Origin: Octopus bimaculoides
Taxonomy: Eukaryota
Assembly: GCF_001194135.2 (NCBI RefSeq)
Contig: NC_068994.1
Location: 29,110,143-29,174,142, forward strand
Direction: 5' to 3'
Length of the DNA: 64,000 nucleotides
Part shown: piece after piece, positions 13,136-24,249 of the stretch
Position numbering within the stretch: the first letter of the stretch is position 1
How the letters are laid out: each line of letters begins with the position of its first letter
The notes under the pieces: model-generated
Database searches by the model: none
The model's input: only the letters and a program-made list of their open reading frames with translations
Told to the model about the DNA's origin: nothing
Program-made: the position numbers and the translations under genes

Positions 13136-14214
13136 GTCTCTTATTTGATTTATTATTGGGTTTATAGACTTCCGATTCACACCTTTAACAACTTCCTTAA
13201 ATTCGCCAAATGATGATGTACAATCTATGATAATTATTCAATGGATATGATGCCTAAAGGATAAATGCAAGTTATCAAATTTATTTTATTAGCTTATTTT
13301 TTAAATTTTTAGCATTATGTTTTCTCTTTATCAATTATCCACTTTTACAAGAGCTTTTTCCGCCTTTCCATCTTGATATTATTGTTACAGGTTTTTTCAT
13401 TCTATTAACTTTTCAGTTTTTTGTAATACACCTCACTCCCAATCGGAAATAATTGTTAATAACCCAATATTAAAGATTTAAGCTGACCATGGGAGTAAGT
13501 GGCCAATATCAAATTCCAATACCCTATCTGAATAGTATCTAACCTAGAAGACAACGTAAATGTTTTGAGTGTGACGTCTTCAGTTACATACACTAAGGCC
13601 ACTAATGTTTTTCAAGCTATCGCATATCCTTTCCTGTCTTCATTCTTCCATACCATACAGCCCCTCCTCCATTCCATATCTTCCTTTCCTCTTTCTTTCT
13701 TTCTTTTTCAGTTCACTTCTTTCCCCCTTTTTCTTCATCTGTCTTCAACTCACCTTATACTTATTACCACTTTTCGCTCCCTTTTCCATGCTTATATCGT
13801 TCATTCATTGTTGTTCTGCTTTGTTTTTCATCAGAATACTCCGACTTTGATGAGGATAGCATTAGTTCTTTAAGGTCGTTCAATTTTTCTCAACCGATCA
13901 ATGGACCGATTGAGTAAACCGACCAATGAACGAACCTATAATGATTATTGGAAACAGTTGTAAGTAGAATTTACTGCAATAAAGGAATATGTAATGACCA
14001 TTATCTATGCCTTGTCTTACACACACACACACACACATGATGGCTGCAACTCGATTTCGAGTCATGCGATCGCTTGACTGTTTCTTTAAACATGAGCAGC
14101 ACGGATGTGACTGTTCAAAGAGCATTGTTGCAATGATGTAACAATGATAGGCGCTTTTGTTGTAGGTGTTACAATATTATTTTAATAAACATTCATACAA
14201 CGTTTCATTTCGTC

Positions 14215-15190
14215 TCCTGACGTATAAGTCATAGTCAACAACTTCCCTGTATGTGGGGCTTCTCTCATGACTTCAAAGGCCTACTTTACTTAGACAAACA
14301 CAACCACTCTCGTAATATATTAAACTATGCTGTACACCAACATCCTCAGGCAAATTAACATGAAGACCTCTATTAAATCGTATCAAGAAGACCTCTATTA
14401 AATCGTATGCTCGATAAAATTTCGTTCGAATTTCCTTTTCCTATCATGTACTACTCTCTTCCACAATAAACGATCTAGAGCAAGATTTTCCCATCAATTT
14501 TCCAAGTTTCTGACCTTCTCCAGTATATCATTGATGCAGTCCTTATACATTATTTTTGGTTTGTGCGCTGGTCTTTTACTCTGGACTAACTCACCATGCA
14601 GACATTGCTTAGGAATCCGATTGTTTTCCATCCTGACAACATGATCATTCCATCGTAATTGGTGCTGAAGTATACTAGTCGAATGACTACGTTCGAGGAC
14701 ATCAGCGCCACTCAGATATATTTGCCATCGGATACGTAATTTTGCGGACAATCTACTTTAGCAAAAGATAAAATGCTAGTTTTTCAATTTTAGAAGAATA
14801 CATGGCTGGAGTGTAGATACTCACTGGGGTAACAAATCTGTTGTTTGATAATGACGCCCTCATTGACATTTTTTTACCAAAAATCCTATACTGTCTTTCC
14901 TCTTGCATCCTTCTGTTTTCCCACTCCAATTAAACGTGTAACCGCCAGACTGTGGCCCTCTTCAGAGAGACAAGTTTCAGGCAAGGCCATGACATCCATG
15001 TTATATCTTAGTAGCTCCTTTGTTACAAGCACCAATTTTCTTTCAGGTCATATTCTAGAGGTTTTGTAATCTAAAAAGGTGCAATCATTCCAGATATCAA
15101 TATTCAAAGTCTTGAAGTTTCTCACAGTAGCAAGACAAGAACGGGCCCAGGCTACAATGCCCTGGGACAATTGCCAATCCAGACTATTTC
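14215..15190 (-). mobile_element. RTE/BovB-like LINE with the RT core deleted (probable 5' UTR continues to ~16085)
   Basis: APE motifs (PERKLVLVTKELLRYNMDVMALPET, SIYTPAM...AFY) joined to post-RT motifs LRIRWQ and LRWNDHVVRMENNRIPKQCLHGEL...KPK and a C-terminal Zn-knuckle remnant. Confidence 0.85.
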
Positions 15191-15330
15191 ACTATCTGTT
15201 CCAGAGCCCTTATTATCATTAGTCTATAACTTATAATTTTTCATTAAGTGTTTTGTGTTTTACGATTACAGTCAGCCATAGTATACCACACATTAAAAAT
15301 GTTAATAAAATAAAAAAGTAAATAAATAAA

Positions 15331-15642
15331 CTGGCTCTCTGTCGGTTACAATGATGAGGATTCCAGTTGATCTGGTCAACAGAACAGCCTGTTCATTAAA
15401 TCAACGTGTAAGTGGCTGAGCATTCCACAAACACGCGTGCTCTTGACATTGTTTTCAGGGAGATTCAGCATGACTCAGAATGTGACAAGGCCGGCTCTTT
15501 GAATTACAGGTACAACTCATTGTTGTAGCTGAATGAACTGGGGAGCAACGTGAAATAATGTATCTTTCTCAAGGACACAATGCACTGCCGGGAACCGAAC
15601 TCACGACCAAACACCCCTGACCACTAAGCCGTGCGTCTTCAC
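15331..15642 (-). mobile_element. tRNA-derived SINE family D
   Basis: Reverse strand has GGCTTAGTGGTCAGG (A box), GAGTTCGGTTCC (B box) and a GTGTCCTTGAG core; related fragments at ~20170(+) and ~53530-53680(-). Confidence 0.75.
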
Positions 15643-16139
15643 TAGAGATGTTCATAAACTTGTTAAAAGTGAAACTATGCATGTGCTTGGAGCTTTTTTT
15701 CAAAGTGAAGAAAGGCTTTGCACAAGGCCAGTCTTGCTCTCTGAACAATGCATGCATTTGTCCAAAAAGAATTAGTCTACATAGCTGGATGCAAACGGAA
15801 TCGCGGGTGTTATAGCAATGTTTTCTTGTTTCTAGTGAGATGTCTAAACAAAGACTAGGAGGCCTCTTACTCCCAGCTGTAGGATGGCCATTGACTCTAC
15901 TGAGTTCATTCAGCCTTTGATAAGTTTTGTTTATTGTCCTGCAGAGTGTCCAACAGCAAAACAAAAAACAAAACAAAGAAACTCACCCTCCTTATAAAGC
16001 AGGCTTGGTAGGATTGTAGGGTTAGTCGCTAGTGGACCGTCCAAGCGACATGTTGAACTGGATTACTTGTTACCAGTAGCACTAAGATTTATCTGATATA
16101 TATGATACATACATACATACATATATATACTTATATACA

Positions 16140-16611
16140 TAATTGTTAAAGAGGACAAACGTTAAGGCAAGGCAAACATCTCACGTCATATACATTATTA
16201 TTGGAAAAAAATTCAAAGTCTTACAGCTGTTTCTGGGATATCCCAAAGTATGGGATATTCCGTCGTCGGAGACAAATAGGGAAAATGAGAAGGATATAGA
16301 TTAATAAAATGACAACATAGAGGACAGAAGTAAAGGAATAAGGAGATGAAGAAAGAGAAGAAAGTGAACTTTTATGCTTCTTTTGTCTTCTCTTTCTTCA
16401 TCTTATTCCTTTACTCCTGTCCTCTATGTAGTCATTTCATTAATTTACACCCTTTGCATTTTCCCTATTTTTCTCTGATGACGGAATATAACATACTCTG
16501 GGATATCTCAGAAACCACTGTAAGACTTTGAATTTTATTTTCCAATAATAATAATGTATATGACTTAAGACGTTTGCCTTACCTTAATGTTTGTTGTCCT
16601 CTTTAACAATT
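16140..16611. mobile_element. Fold-back (inverted-repeat) element carrying hammerhead motifs in both arms
   Basis: Arms ~16140-16360 and ~16386-16611 are reverse complements with scattered mismatches; hammerhead cores at 16218-16273(-) and 16471-16526(+). Confidence 0.85.
16218..16273 (-). ncRNA. Hammerhead ribozyme motif, type I, family H1 (core CCGACGA variant)
   Basis: GTCT-CCGACGA-stem II (CGGAATATCCCA/TGGGATATCCCA)-GAAAC-AGCT-GTA-AGAC; palindromic stem III ACAGCTGT. Confidence 0.7.
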
Positions 16612-17004
16612 ATATATCTGCTATATCAGAAATCTGCAATGGCTCCATAACTACCATCTCAGCTATAACCTTGGGGCCCTGGTAATCCGTTACAGCACTT
16701 ACCTAGTGTACCTAATTGTTTAGATCACCTGTGAACTAAACTCCCACATTTTGTATACTTATATATATATATATATATATATTGTTGTACTTGGAGATGG
16801 TCATATTGCCAGTTTAGCCAATAAAAACACACGCACAGTATATTTGGTGTTAATTTGCTTCAGCTTTATATTACATTACATTACATTAATCCTATTTCGG
16901 CCAGAGTTCTTTCGTCACACTTCTGTGACCTCATCAGTGGTCCTTTGCTTTCTTCTTTCTTATGTGTGTCCCACCTCGCTAACTATCAGCCATTTTGTAT
17001 TTTG

Positions 17005-17035
<31 letters not shown>

Positions 17036-17125
17036 NNNNNNNNNNNNNNNNNNNNNNNNNNNNNNNNNNNNNNNNNNNNNNNNNNNNNNNNNNNNNNNNN
17101 NNNNNNNNNNNNNNNNNNNNNNNNN

Positions 17126-17189
<64 letters not shown>

Positions 17190-17384
17190 GTTTGTGTGTA
17201 TGTATGTATGTATGTATGTATGTATGTATGTGTGTATGTATGTATGTATGTATGTACATACACCCCACTGACAAACAAGCTACTATGGTCAACTGCACTA
17301 AACTTTTAGGTATAAAGAAACAATGCACTTAAAATAATGGAATAATGAATATGGGAAAATATGTAAGAGTATGTAAATATTATA

Positions 17385-17580
17385 TCTTTTATATATCTTT
17401 TACTTGTTTTACTCATTACATTGCGGTCATTCTAGGGCCCTGCATTGAATGTTTTAATCAAACAAATTGACCCCAGTACTTATTCATTAAGTCTTGTACT
17501 ATTCTATCATCTCTTTTGCTGAACCGCTAAGTTATGGGGGGTTGAGAAACAAATACAAACAAGAAGGCACACTCACACAT
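17385..17580 (-). mobile_element. SINE family A, 3' fragment
   Basis: Reverse match to the 3' half of family A. Confidence 0.7.
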
Positions 17581-17585
17581 ATCCT

Positions 17586-18000
17586 TTGCTAATACGAAGG
17601 AACAATAATAAAAGTATCCAATTAAACTTGTTTTTAAAAGAATATGCTTCTGCATTTGACTTCACATGGAAGATCTTCAAAGAATGTGGAGCATGTGCAA
17701 ATAGTAAAAATCCTGTGGATTATGCTCAGGTGAAAAGATCCTTGTACTCAAGAACTTCAACAAATATGTAGACTATCTGAATGTTAAATCCAATAATTTC
17801 ACAAAGTGTCACCACCACTAGCATAGCTAGAGTGTGTGCCACCCAGGGCAGCCCTTCCTTTTTCCGCCCCGGACCTCACAAAAAACACATATTGCCTACA
17901 GCAGAGTCAAAAGTTCCGCCTGGAGTGGACTGCCCCAACCGCCACCGCCACCCCCCACAAGCTATGCTAGTGGTCACCACTTTATCAAACATTTATAGGA
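17586..18000 (+). mobile_element. Penelope-like GIY-YIG C-terminal fragment, interrupted by a MITE
   Basis: FDFTWKIFKEC...CGLCSGEKILVLK...YLNVKSNNFTKC|HHFIKHL* parallels the KKCSLCVAERSHIL...LNSRSE region at ~28060-28190. Confidence 0.6.
17816..17972. mobile_element. hAT-type MITE (157 bp)
   Basis: Perfect 13-bp TIR CACTAGCATAGCT / AGCTATGCTAGTG and perfect 8-bp TSD GTCACCAC (17808-17815, 17973-17980). Confidence 0.9.
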
Positions 18001-18144
18001 ATTCTGGCAGATTAAACTACCAGATGACTGAATGGACGAATATAATTATATACACTGAGAAACCATATAATCATACTCCCAATGTCTTTCCCCGGTTTAA
18101 GCTTACTATGAAATTTTATCTTTCTCTATAGTCTCTTCCATTAT

Positions 18145-18197
18145 AGTCTCTATACCATCAACGGCTTCCATATAGTCTCTATACCATCAACGGCTGC
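18145..18197 (+). repeat. Short direct tandem duplication (TATAGTCTCTATACCATCAACGGCT x2)
   Basis: Seen directly in the sequence. Confidence 0.8.
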
Positions 18198-19804
18198 TAA
18201 CTCATTAAATCATACAAGAATGCATTAATTGTAACTTCATTCGATGAACTTTTCCATAATCATTACTCTACAGTGGTTTATTTAAAATCTACCCAATGTA
18301 TTTAATAAGTACTTCATCTTTATCATTTTGTACCAACTTATTTTTAGCAATCAATATTATGTATTGGTTTATACCATATTGATTTACTGATATTTATTCA
18401 GTACCATCATGCAATATCAGTAATTCTGAATGTCATTGAAAATAATATTTCAAGCAAGTGGCTCATATTCTCATGAAACGGTCATGTTTTATTGTATGAT
18501 GATTATTCAATATTCCATCTTATAAAACATTGTATAATGATTTTTAGTCACTAAAAAACTGTCTCATTATGTGTGTGTGTGTGTGTGTTTGTGTGAGTGT
18601 GTAATACATTAAAAAATTTTATGTTAATACTCTTATATACAAAGGGAAAAGTTTTGTTGCTGTCTTTGTCCACCCTGTTACTTGTGTTTTTGGTGTACCC
18701 TATCAGTTGATGACTGTTTGACCCTGTTTCAATTTCAGTTGCATTATATAATTTGTACCTAGCCATGGACATAAAAAAAGGAGGGAGAACACTTGGAACT
18801 TTTGAATTACACTGATATCTATGCCTCCCCTAGCATATGTTTCCCAAATCAAAATCCCAGAAAACTCAGTAACCTAAATCAAAAAGTATATTTAAGAAGA
18901 TTAATAAAGTTTGTCAATTAGTTATTATTAGTTGCGTTCATGCAATCTCTTGCAAGAAGCAAATCAATTCTATAAATGTTTCCCCAGTGCAGCATAGAAA
19001 GAGAGCTTGCAAGTTACAGTTATTATACTAACTATACAAATGCTTTTGAATATTGACGAGATTCTATAATCAGCACACACTATTGCTGTTTAAATATTCT
19101 TCTAAATTACCATCTCTGTAGTTCTGTTAACAGAAGTCTGAGGAATTTTTCAAAAATCAAACCCTAAAATAAGTTGACTTTCAGATTAAGTTATTCAACC
19201 TTCAATATAATTTACTAAAAGGCTTAATCATTGGGTTGGAATATAAAAAAAACAAACTGAATCATCAAATTTCTGGTTGAGAAAATTCACAAATTGAAAA
19301 CAGTTGATACTGACAGCTTTTGAGGTTTTACACACCTTTAAGCATTGGTTGTTTGTTCACATGATATAAGGAAAGACATTACTCAAAAGAAACAATGACT
19401 CACATCTGAGACTCTTAATGAATTCTTCTGTCCCAGAAAATTTTGTAATTATTTCTGAGTGAACTTTCTACAATGACACCTGAACTGCATTCATAAGCAC
19501 TTTGAGCACAACAGGCAGCATAGCTCACCATTACACAACTAATTATAGTGTCTGTTGATAAACATGTTAGACCCCCTCATAATTTCAGTCATTTATATAG
19601 AGATAAATATATTTGTGAATCATTCATAGCAGGAATTTTCTTCACTCATATATAAACCAAGTTTCTGGAAAACAAAACTCAAACTTTGATTTCAGTTATA
19701 GATCAGGCTTGTACTTTTTGAAGTAGCTACGAAAGATTTTCAGACCTATGAAATACATTCCATTTTTGATGGGCACTACACTAACATACATACATACATA
19801 CATA

Positions 19805-20005
19805 CATTTCACGTCTACGTCCGTTTTCCATTCAGGCGGGGATGGGATGGGTCATATCTGCCCTCCTAGATAGGATGGGGGAACTACATTTCACTTGTAA
19901 GTTTCATTTTTGGCTTGGTTTCTATGGTTGGATGCTCTTCCTAACACCGACCACTTTACAGAGTATAGTGGGTTATATTTTATCGTAGCACCAGCATTAG
20001 AGAGG
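19805..20005 (-). mobile_element. Retroposon family C (LINE/SINE 3' end); related copies at ~28205-28345 and ~39345-39500
   Basis: Shared CCATGCTGGCATGGGTTG...TTCTATGGCTGGATGCCCTTCCTAACACCAACCACTTTACA motif; the 39 kb copy abuts a (CAT)n tail. Confidence 0.7.
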
Positions 20006-20499
20006 ACAGTGTTGCGTGAGTGACGAATAGCAAAGTAAGAAGTGAATAAACGGTGGAAGTGAATGATGTATGCTGATTCCAAGAGGTCAGTGGGAGACAG
20101 GGAGAGTTTATTGGGTACATAAATGTCTGATGGAGTCTCTTAAACATATAGAAGATGGAGAAGAACCTAGGGTGATGAGGATGAGAGAGGAATCATAAGA
20201 TCATGGGGTTGATTCCTTGGATTGGTGACATGTTATGTTATTGAGCAAGACACATATCACATTGCTGCAGTCTACTCAGCTGAAAATTAGTTTCAGCTCA
20301 GTTCTGAGGAAACTCTCTCTCTCCCTCCAGCTGTCCCATCCTTGACGTTTGTCTGGGTCAAGGATGGAAGCACTGAAAGGGCGTCCATGTTTATTTGCAA
20401 CTACTTAGGTACCTAAAACATTTAACAGAAGTATGGTACATTCTACCAGGTCATACTTACTTGTGAGTGTTGGGCAAGTATGTATGTATGTATGTATGT

Positions 20500-20790
20500 A
20501 CTCTGGAGAAGGTCCAAATATTGGAAAATGGACAGGAAAACCTTGCTCTAAATAGTTTTTTGTGGAGGATAGCAGTGCAAGATAAGAAGAGGGAATTTGA
20601 GCAAAATCATATCGAGTAGATACAGCTCAAGCGAGATGATCGTAAGGGTCTTCATGTCAATTTGCCTGAATATATTGTAGTACAGGCCAAGTTAACATGT
20701 AACGAGTGTGGGCATGTATGTTTAAGTAAGGCAAGTATTAGAAGCCATTAGAAAATCCTCACCAACCACAGGAAAGTTGTTAACTATGAA
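20500..20790 (+). mobile_element. RTE 3' fragment of the same family as 14215-15190
   Basis: ENLALNSFLWRIAVQDKKREFEQ...GLHVNLPE...CNECGHVCLSKASIRSH; DNA similarity to the reverse complement of 14215-14500. Confidence 0.75.
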
Positions 20791-21181
20791 TCATATGACA
20801 TCTCTACTTCAGGGAGTGTGAAAAAGAATGTATGTTAGAAGATGGACTGAAACAAGAGAGACACCCATCCATGTCACATCTTCACTGCTCATATTTAAGG
20901 GAACAATCAAATGACTGCATTACTTGAAATTGAGTTGCAGCCATTGCATATATGTATGTATGTATATATGTATGTGTGCGTGTGTATGCAGTCTTGTATA
21001 GATACATACATACATATATATNNNNNNNNNNNNNNNNNNNNNNNNNNNNNNNNNNNNNNNNNNNNNNNNNNNNNNNNNNNNNNNNNNNNNNNNNNNNNNN
21101 NNNNNNNNNNNNNNNNNNNNNNNNNNNNNNNNNNNNNNNNNNNNNNNNNNNNNNNNNNNNNNNNNNNNNNNNNNNNNNNNN

Positions 21182-21221
<40 letters not shown>

Positions 21222-21232
21222 TTTCTAATGTA

Positions 21233-21265
<33 letters not shown>

Positions 21266-21271
<6 letters not shown>

Positions 21272-22162
21272 GTACATTCCAGAAATTTGGAGACTTTTTT
21301 AGGAGAGATAGTTAAGTTGTAGCTGTCCTAGGTTATTGTAATTTCGGTATATCATTACTATACATCTAATAAGCCAACCTGGTAACTTTTGTTATTTCAG
21401 CATGAAGGAGACAGCTGTAACACCATTTTGAACACATCTTACTAAACGCTGCTTGTCACAGCTGACTAGTTTGCAGAATGCAATCAGGACATTTGGAAGC
21501 TCACTATGCAATAAGGTTTTGTATTAAACTGGACAGAAACTTATGAAATGCCTGTGGATTTACTTTTTCGCTAGCACAAGAGGTTCAAGGTCAGTAGAGA
21601 GGTGAGCAGTAATGAGAGGTGTGAGAGGGAGATGGATGTCAGAACATCAGAGCTGGTTGAGAAAATATGCAAATTTCTGGATGCATACCGTCATGTGTCT
21701 ATAAAAACAATAAGCTTACAGTTTGGAGTTGGTGTGACAACTATACACAGAATTATTCACGAAAGTCTGAGCATGCGCAAAATTTGTGCAAAGTTTTTTT
21801 CCCCAGGGTGCCCAGAGACAAGTACCTTTGTAACCAACTACTTGACAGAGATGGGAATCAAAACTATCCTTCCCCATCTCCCACAGTCAAGACCTTGCAC
21901 CCTGTGACTTTTACTTGTTCCCCAAGCCAAAGGACAATCTCAGGAACTGTTATTTTGAAGATGAAAGAATCTGTGACAAGAATCCAGGACACATTCACTT
22001 TGGTGGACTTTCATGGGGCCTTCATGAAATGGCTGAAGCACCGCAACAGGTGAATTGAAGTTAGTGGATCCTACTTTGAAGGAGACAGGAGTTTTGTACT
22101 TCTTTGAAATTAATAAATGTCTCTTCTAAAAAAATCTCAACATTTCTGGAAAGCACCTTGTA
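21266..22162 (+). mobile_element. Mariner internal-deletion derivative
   Basis: TIR pair TATGAAGTACATTCCAGAAATTTGGAGACTTTTTT / AAAAAATCTCAACATTTCTGGAAAGCACCTTGTA. N-terminal AIRFCIKL and ICAKF joined to QDLAPCDFYLFPK...GSYFEGD. Confidence 0.85.
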
Positions 22163-23352
22163 TGTGTTAGTCAAAATGAATGCAATTTTAAAACTACTTT
22201 TACCTGGTAAATTGAATGCTATACATTTAGGTAGATGTCAAGTGTGCTTGGATTTCTTTCATTTTAATGTTTAATGTCTTTTTTTACTACAAAAATTGTT
22301 GATGTCTCGATAGTATCATCACAATGGTTCACAACTGTCACAGTAGCAATGCTTTCTTTTGAGAAGAATTTTCATTTTCACAACAATCCTTTCATTCAAA
22401 ATCCCATAATGCATTTCATTAATCTGTCTCTCTTTCCTTCTCTCCCCTCTCTCTCCTTTGCCTTCTCTCACCTCTCTCTCCTTTGCCTTCTCTCACCTCT
22501 CTCTGTTTCTCTTTTTTTTTGTCATGCTTGAAGTTTAAAAGATTCTGTGGAAAAGCTGAAGAACTGAACTTGATGACCTTTGTTGAAAGATGTTAGGCTT
22601 TCTGTTGTCAAGGAATCATTAGAATATTTGGCTACAGAGAAAAAAAAAAAAAATCCCATTGGACATGCAAGCAAGCAATCGCTTCAAGTCCACTTGATAC
22701 AGAGCATTGATCACGGTTTGAAAACGAAATGTTTTAAGCCTTTTGCATAGAGTTCCATATGCAAAAGTTAAAAGCACAAACATTGCTATAAAAGAAAGGA
22801 AAAAAAAAAGCTAAAACAAACAAATAAAATTGAAGTGACTGAAGAATTTATCGAGATGAAGTCGACAATGTTGTTCTTAGTTTAGAAATGTCTGTAGAAT
22901 GTACACCACATGTAAGAAAGTGACCTTATATGAACATCTATTGTAGAGTTATAAATCTTATTTTAAAGCTTTGTTTTAATGATGTATGTCTGGTTCACTG
23001 AATATTTACGTTGCTGTTTCAGTAAAGAAGCTACCAAATCTAGACTTGCAACCATTTTATTACACTAGTGTGTATTTGCATACTTTTTTTTTATAGATAC
23101 ACCACCTAATTACACATACTCTCTCGCACACATTCTCTCATTCTCTCCCCTTCTTTCTATTGTGCTCACACTCATGGTCCCCACCCCACCCCATGGTTAA
23201 GAAGCTCAATTGCACCACAGAGTTTTGGTTTCAGTCCCACAATGTAGCAACTTGGGTAAGTCTCTTCTACTATAGCCCTTGTCTAACCAGTGCTTTGTGA
23301 GTGAATATAAGAGACAGAAACTGTGAGGAAGTCCGTGAGATGTACTTATATA

Positions 23353-23591
23353 TACAGGGTTGGCCAAAAGTCATGCGACAGTAAATCAAAATTCCATAAA
23401 TACTATCTGTAATTCTGTATTGAGTCGAATGGAAAAATGTGTTGCTCAAGAAGGACTTCAATTTGAACAACGTTCATGATGTTTTGTTTCATATTGAGAT
23501 GCTTTTATTGAATTCATTCAGTTGTAAAACATAAATAAATCTTAGAATTAAATGGTTTTGATTTACTGTCAGGTGACTTTTGGTTAAAATT

Positions 23592-23594
<3 letters not shown>
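23353..23594 (+). mobile_element. Tc1/mariner MITE
   Basis: TA-CAGGGTTGGCCAAAAGTCATGCGACAGTAAATCAAAA versus TTTTGATTTACTGTCAGGTGACTTTTGG; retains a transposase-like C-terminus RMEKCVAQEGLQFEQ. Confidence 0.75.
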
Positions 23595-23663
<69 letters not shown>

Positions 23664-23708
23664 GGATGAATAAATGCATTTAACTCCATTTATTTACTTA
23701 TATATATA

Positions 23709-24065
23709 GCACAGGCATGGCTGCGTGGTAAGAAGCTTGCTTCTCAACCACATGATCCCAAGTTCAGTCCCACTGCGTGGCATTTTGGACAAGTGTCTCC
23801 TACTATAGCCTCGGGCCAACCAAAGCCTTGTGAGTGGATTTGGTAGATGGAAACTGAAAGAAGTCTGTCGTGTATGTGTTTGTCCCCACCCCATGGCTTG
23901 ACAACCAATAATGGTGTGTTTACGTCCCTGTAATTTAGCAGTTCGGCAAAAGAGAATGATAGAATAACTACAAAGTATAGAATTAGTACAAAGAATAAAC
24001 TTGGATGTATTTGTTCGACTAAAACCCCTTAAGGTTGTGATCCAGCTTAGCTGTAGTCAAATGAC
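23709..24065 (+). mobile_element. SINE family A (a 5' fragment also lies at ~23190-23345)
   Basis: Colinear with 4957-5340. Confidence 0.85.
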
Positions 24066-24074
24066 ACTCACTTT

Positions 24075-24152
24075 GTCTCTGATGATGGAATACCCAGTGT
24101 ACGCGGACATGCTATCCTATCACTTGGGATATCCCAGAAACAGCTGTAAGAC
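24075..24152 (+). ncRNA. Hammerhead ribozyme motif, type I, family H1, intact core
   Basis: GTCT-CTGATGA-stem II with an enlarged loop-GAAAC-AGCT-GTA-AGAC; predicted cleavage after A24148. Confidence 0.8.
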
Positions 24153-24249
24153 TTCAAATTCACCAGTGTTCACTTATCCTCTCTCCTATGCTACTGGTTG
24201 TCTCTTTGATGTACATCATTGTCCTGTTGATGTACATTAGAGAGATAGA

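Noticed and set aside
13545-13590. CTGAAGA...AAAACATT on the minus strand
   Set aside because: GAAA and stem II are broken and the stem I register does not fit.
14175-14225. GAAACGTTGTATG on the minus strand as a possible hammerhead
   Set aside because: The core reads CAGGAGA and stem II is absent; it lies at the RTE 3' end.
18900-19150. Possible hAT dimerisation-domain remnant on the minus strand
   Set aside because: Too degenerate (many stops, weak motif match) to support a call.
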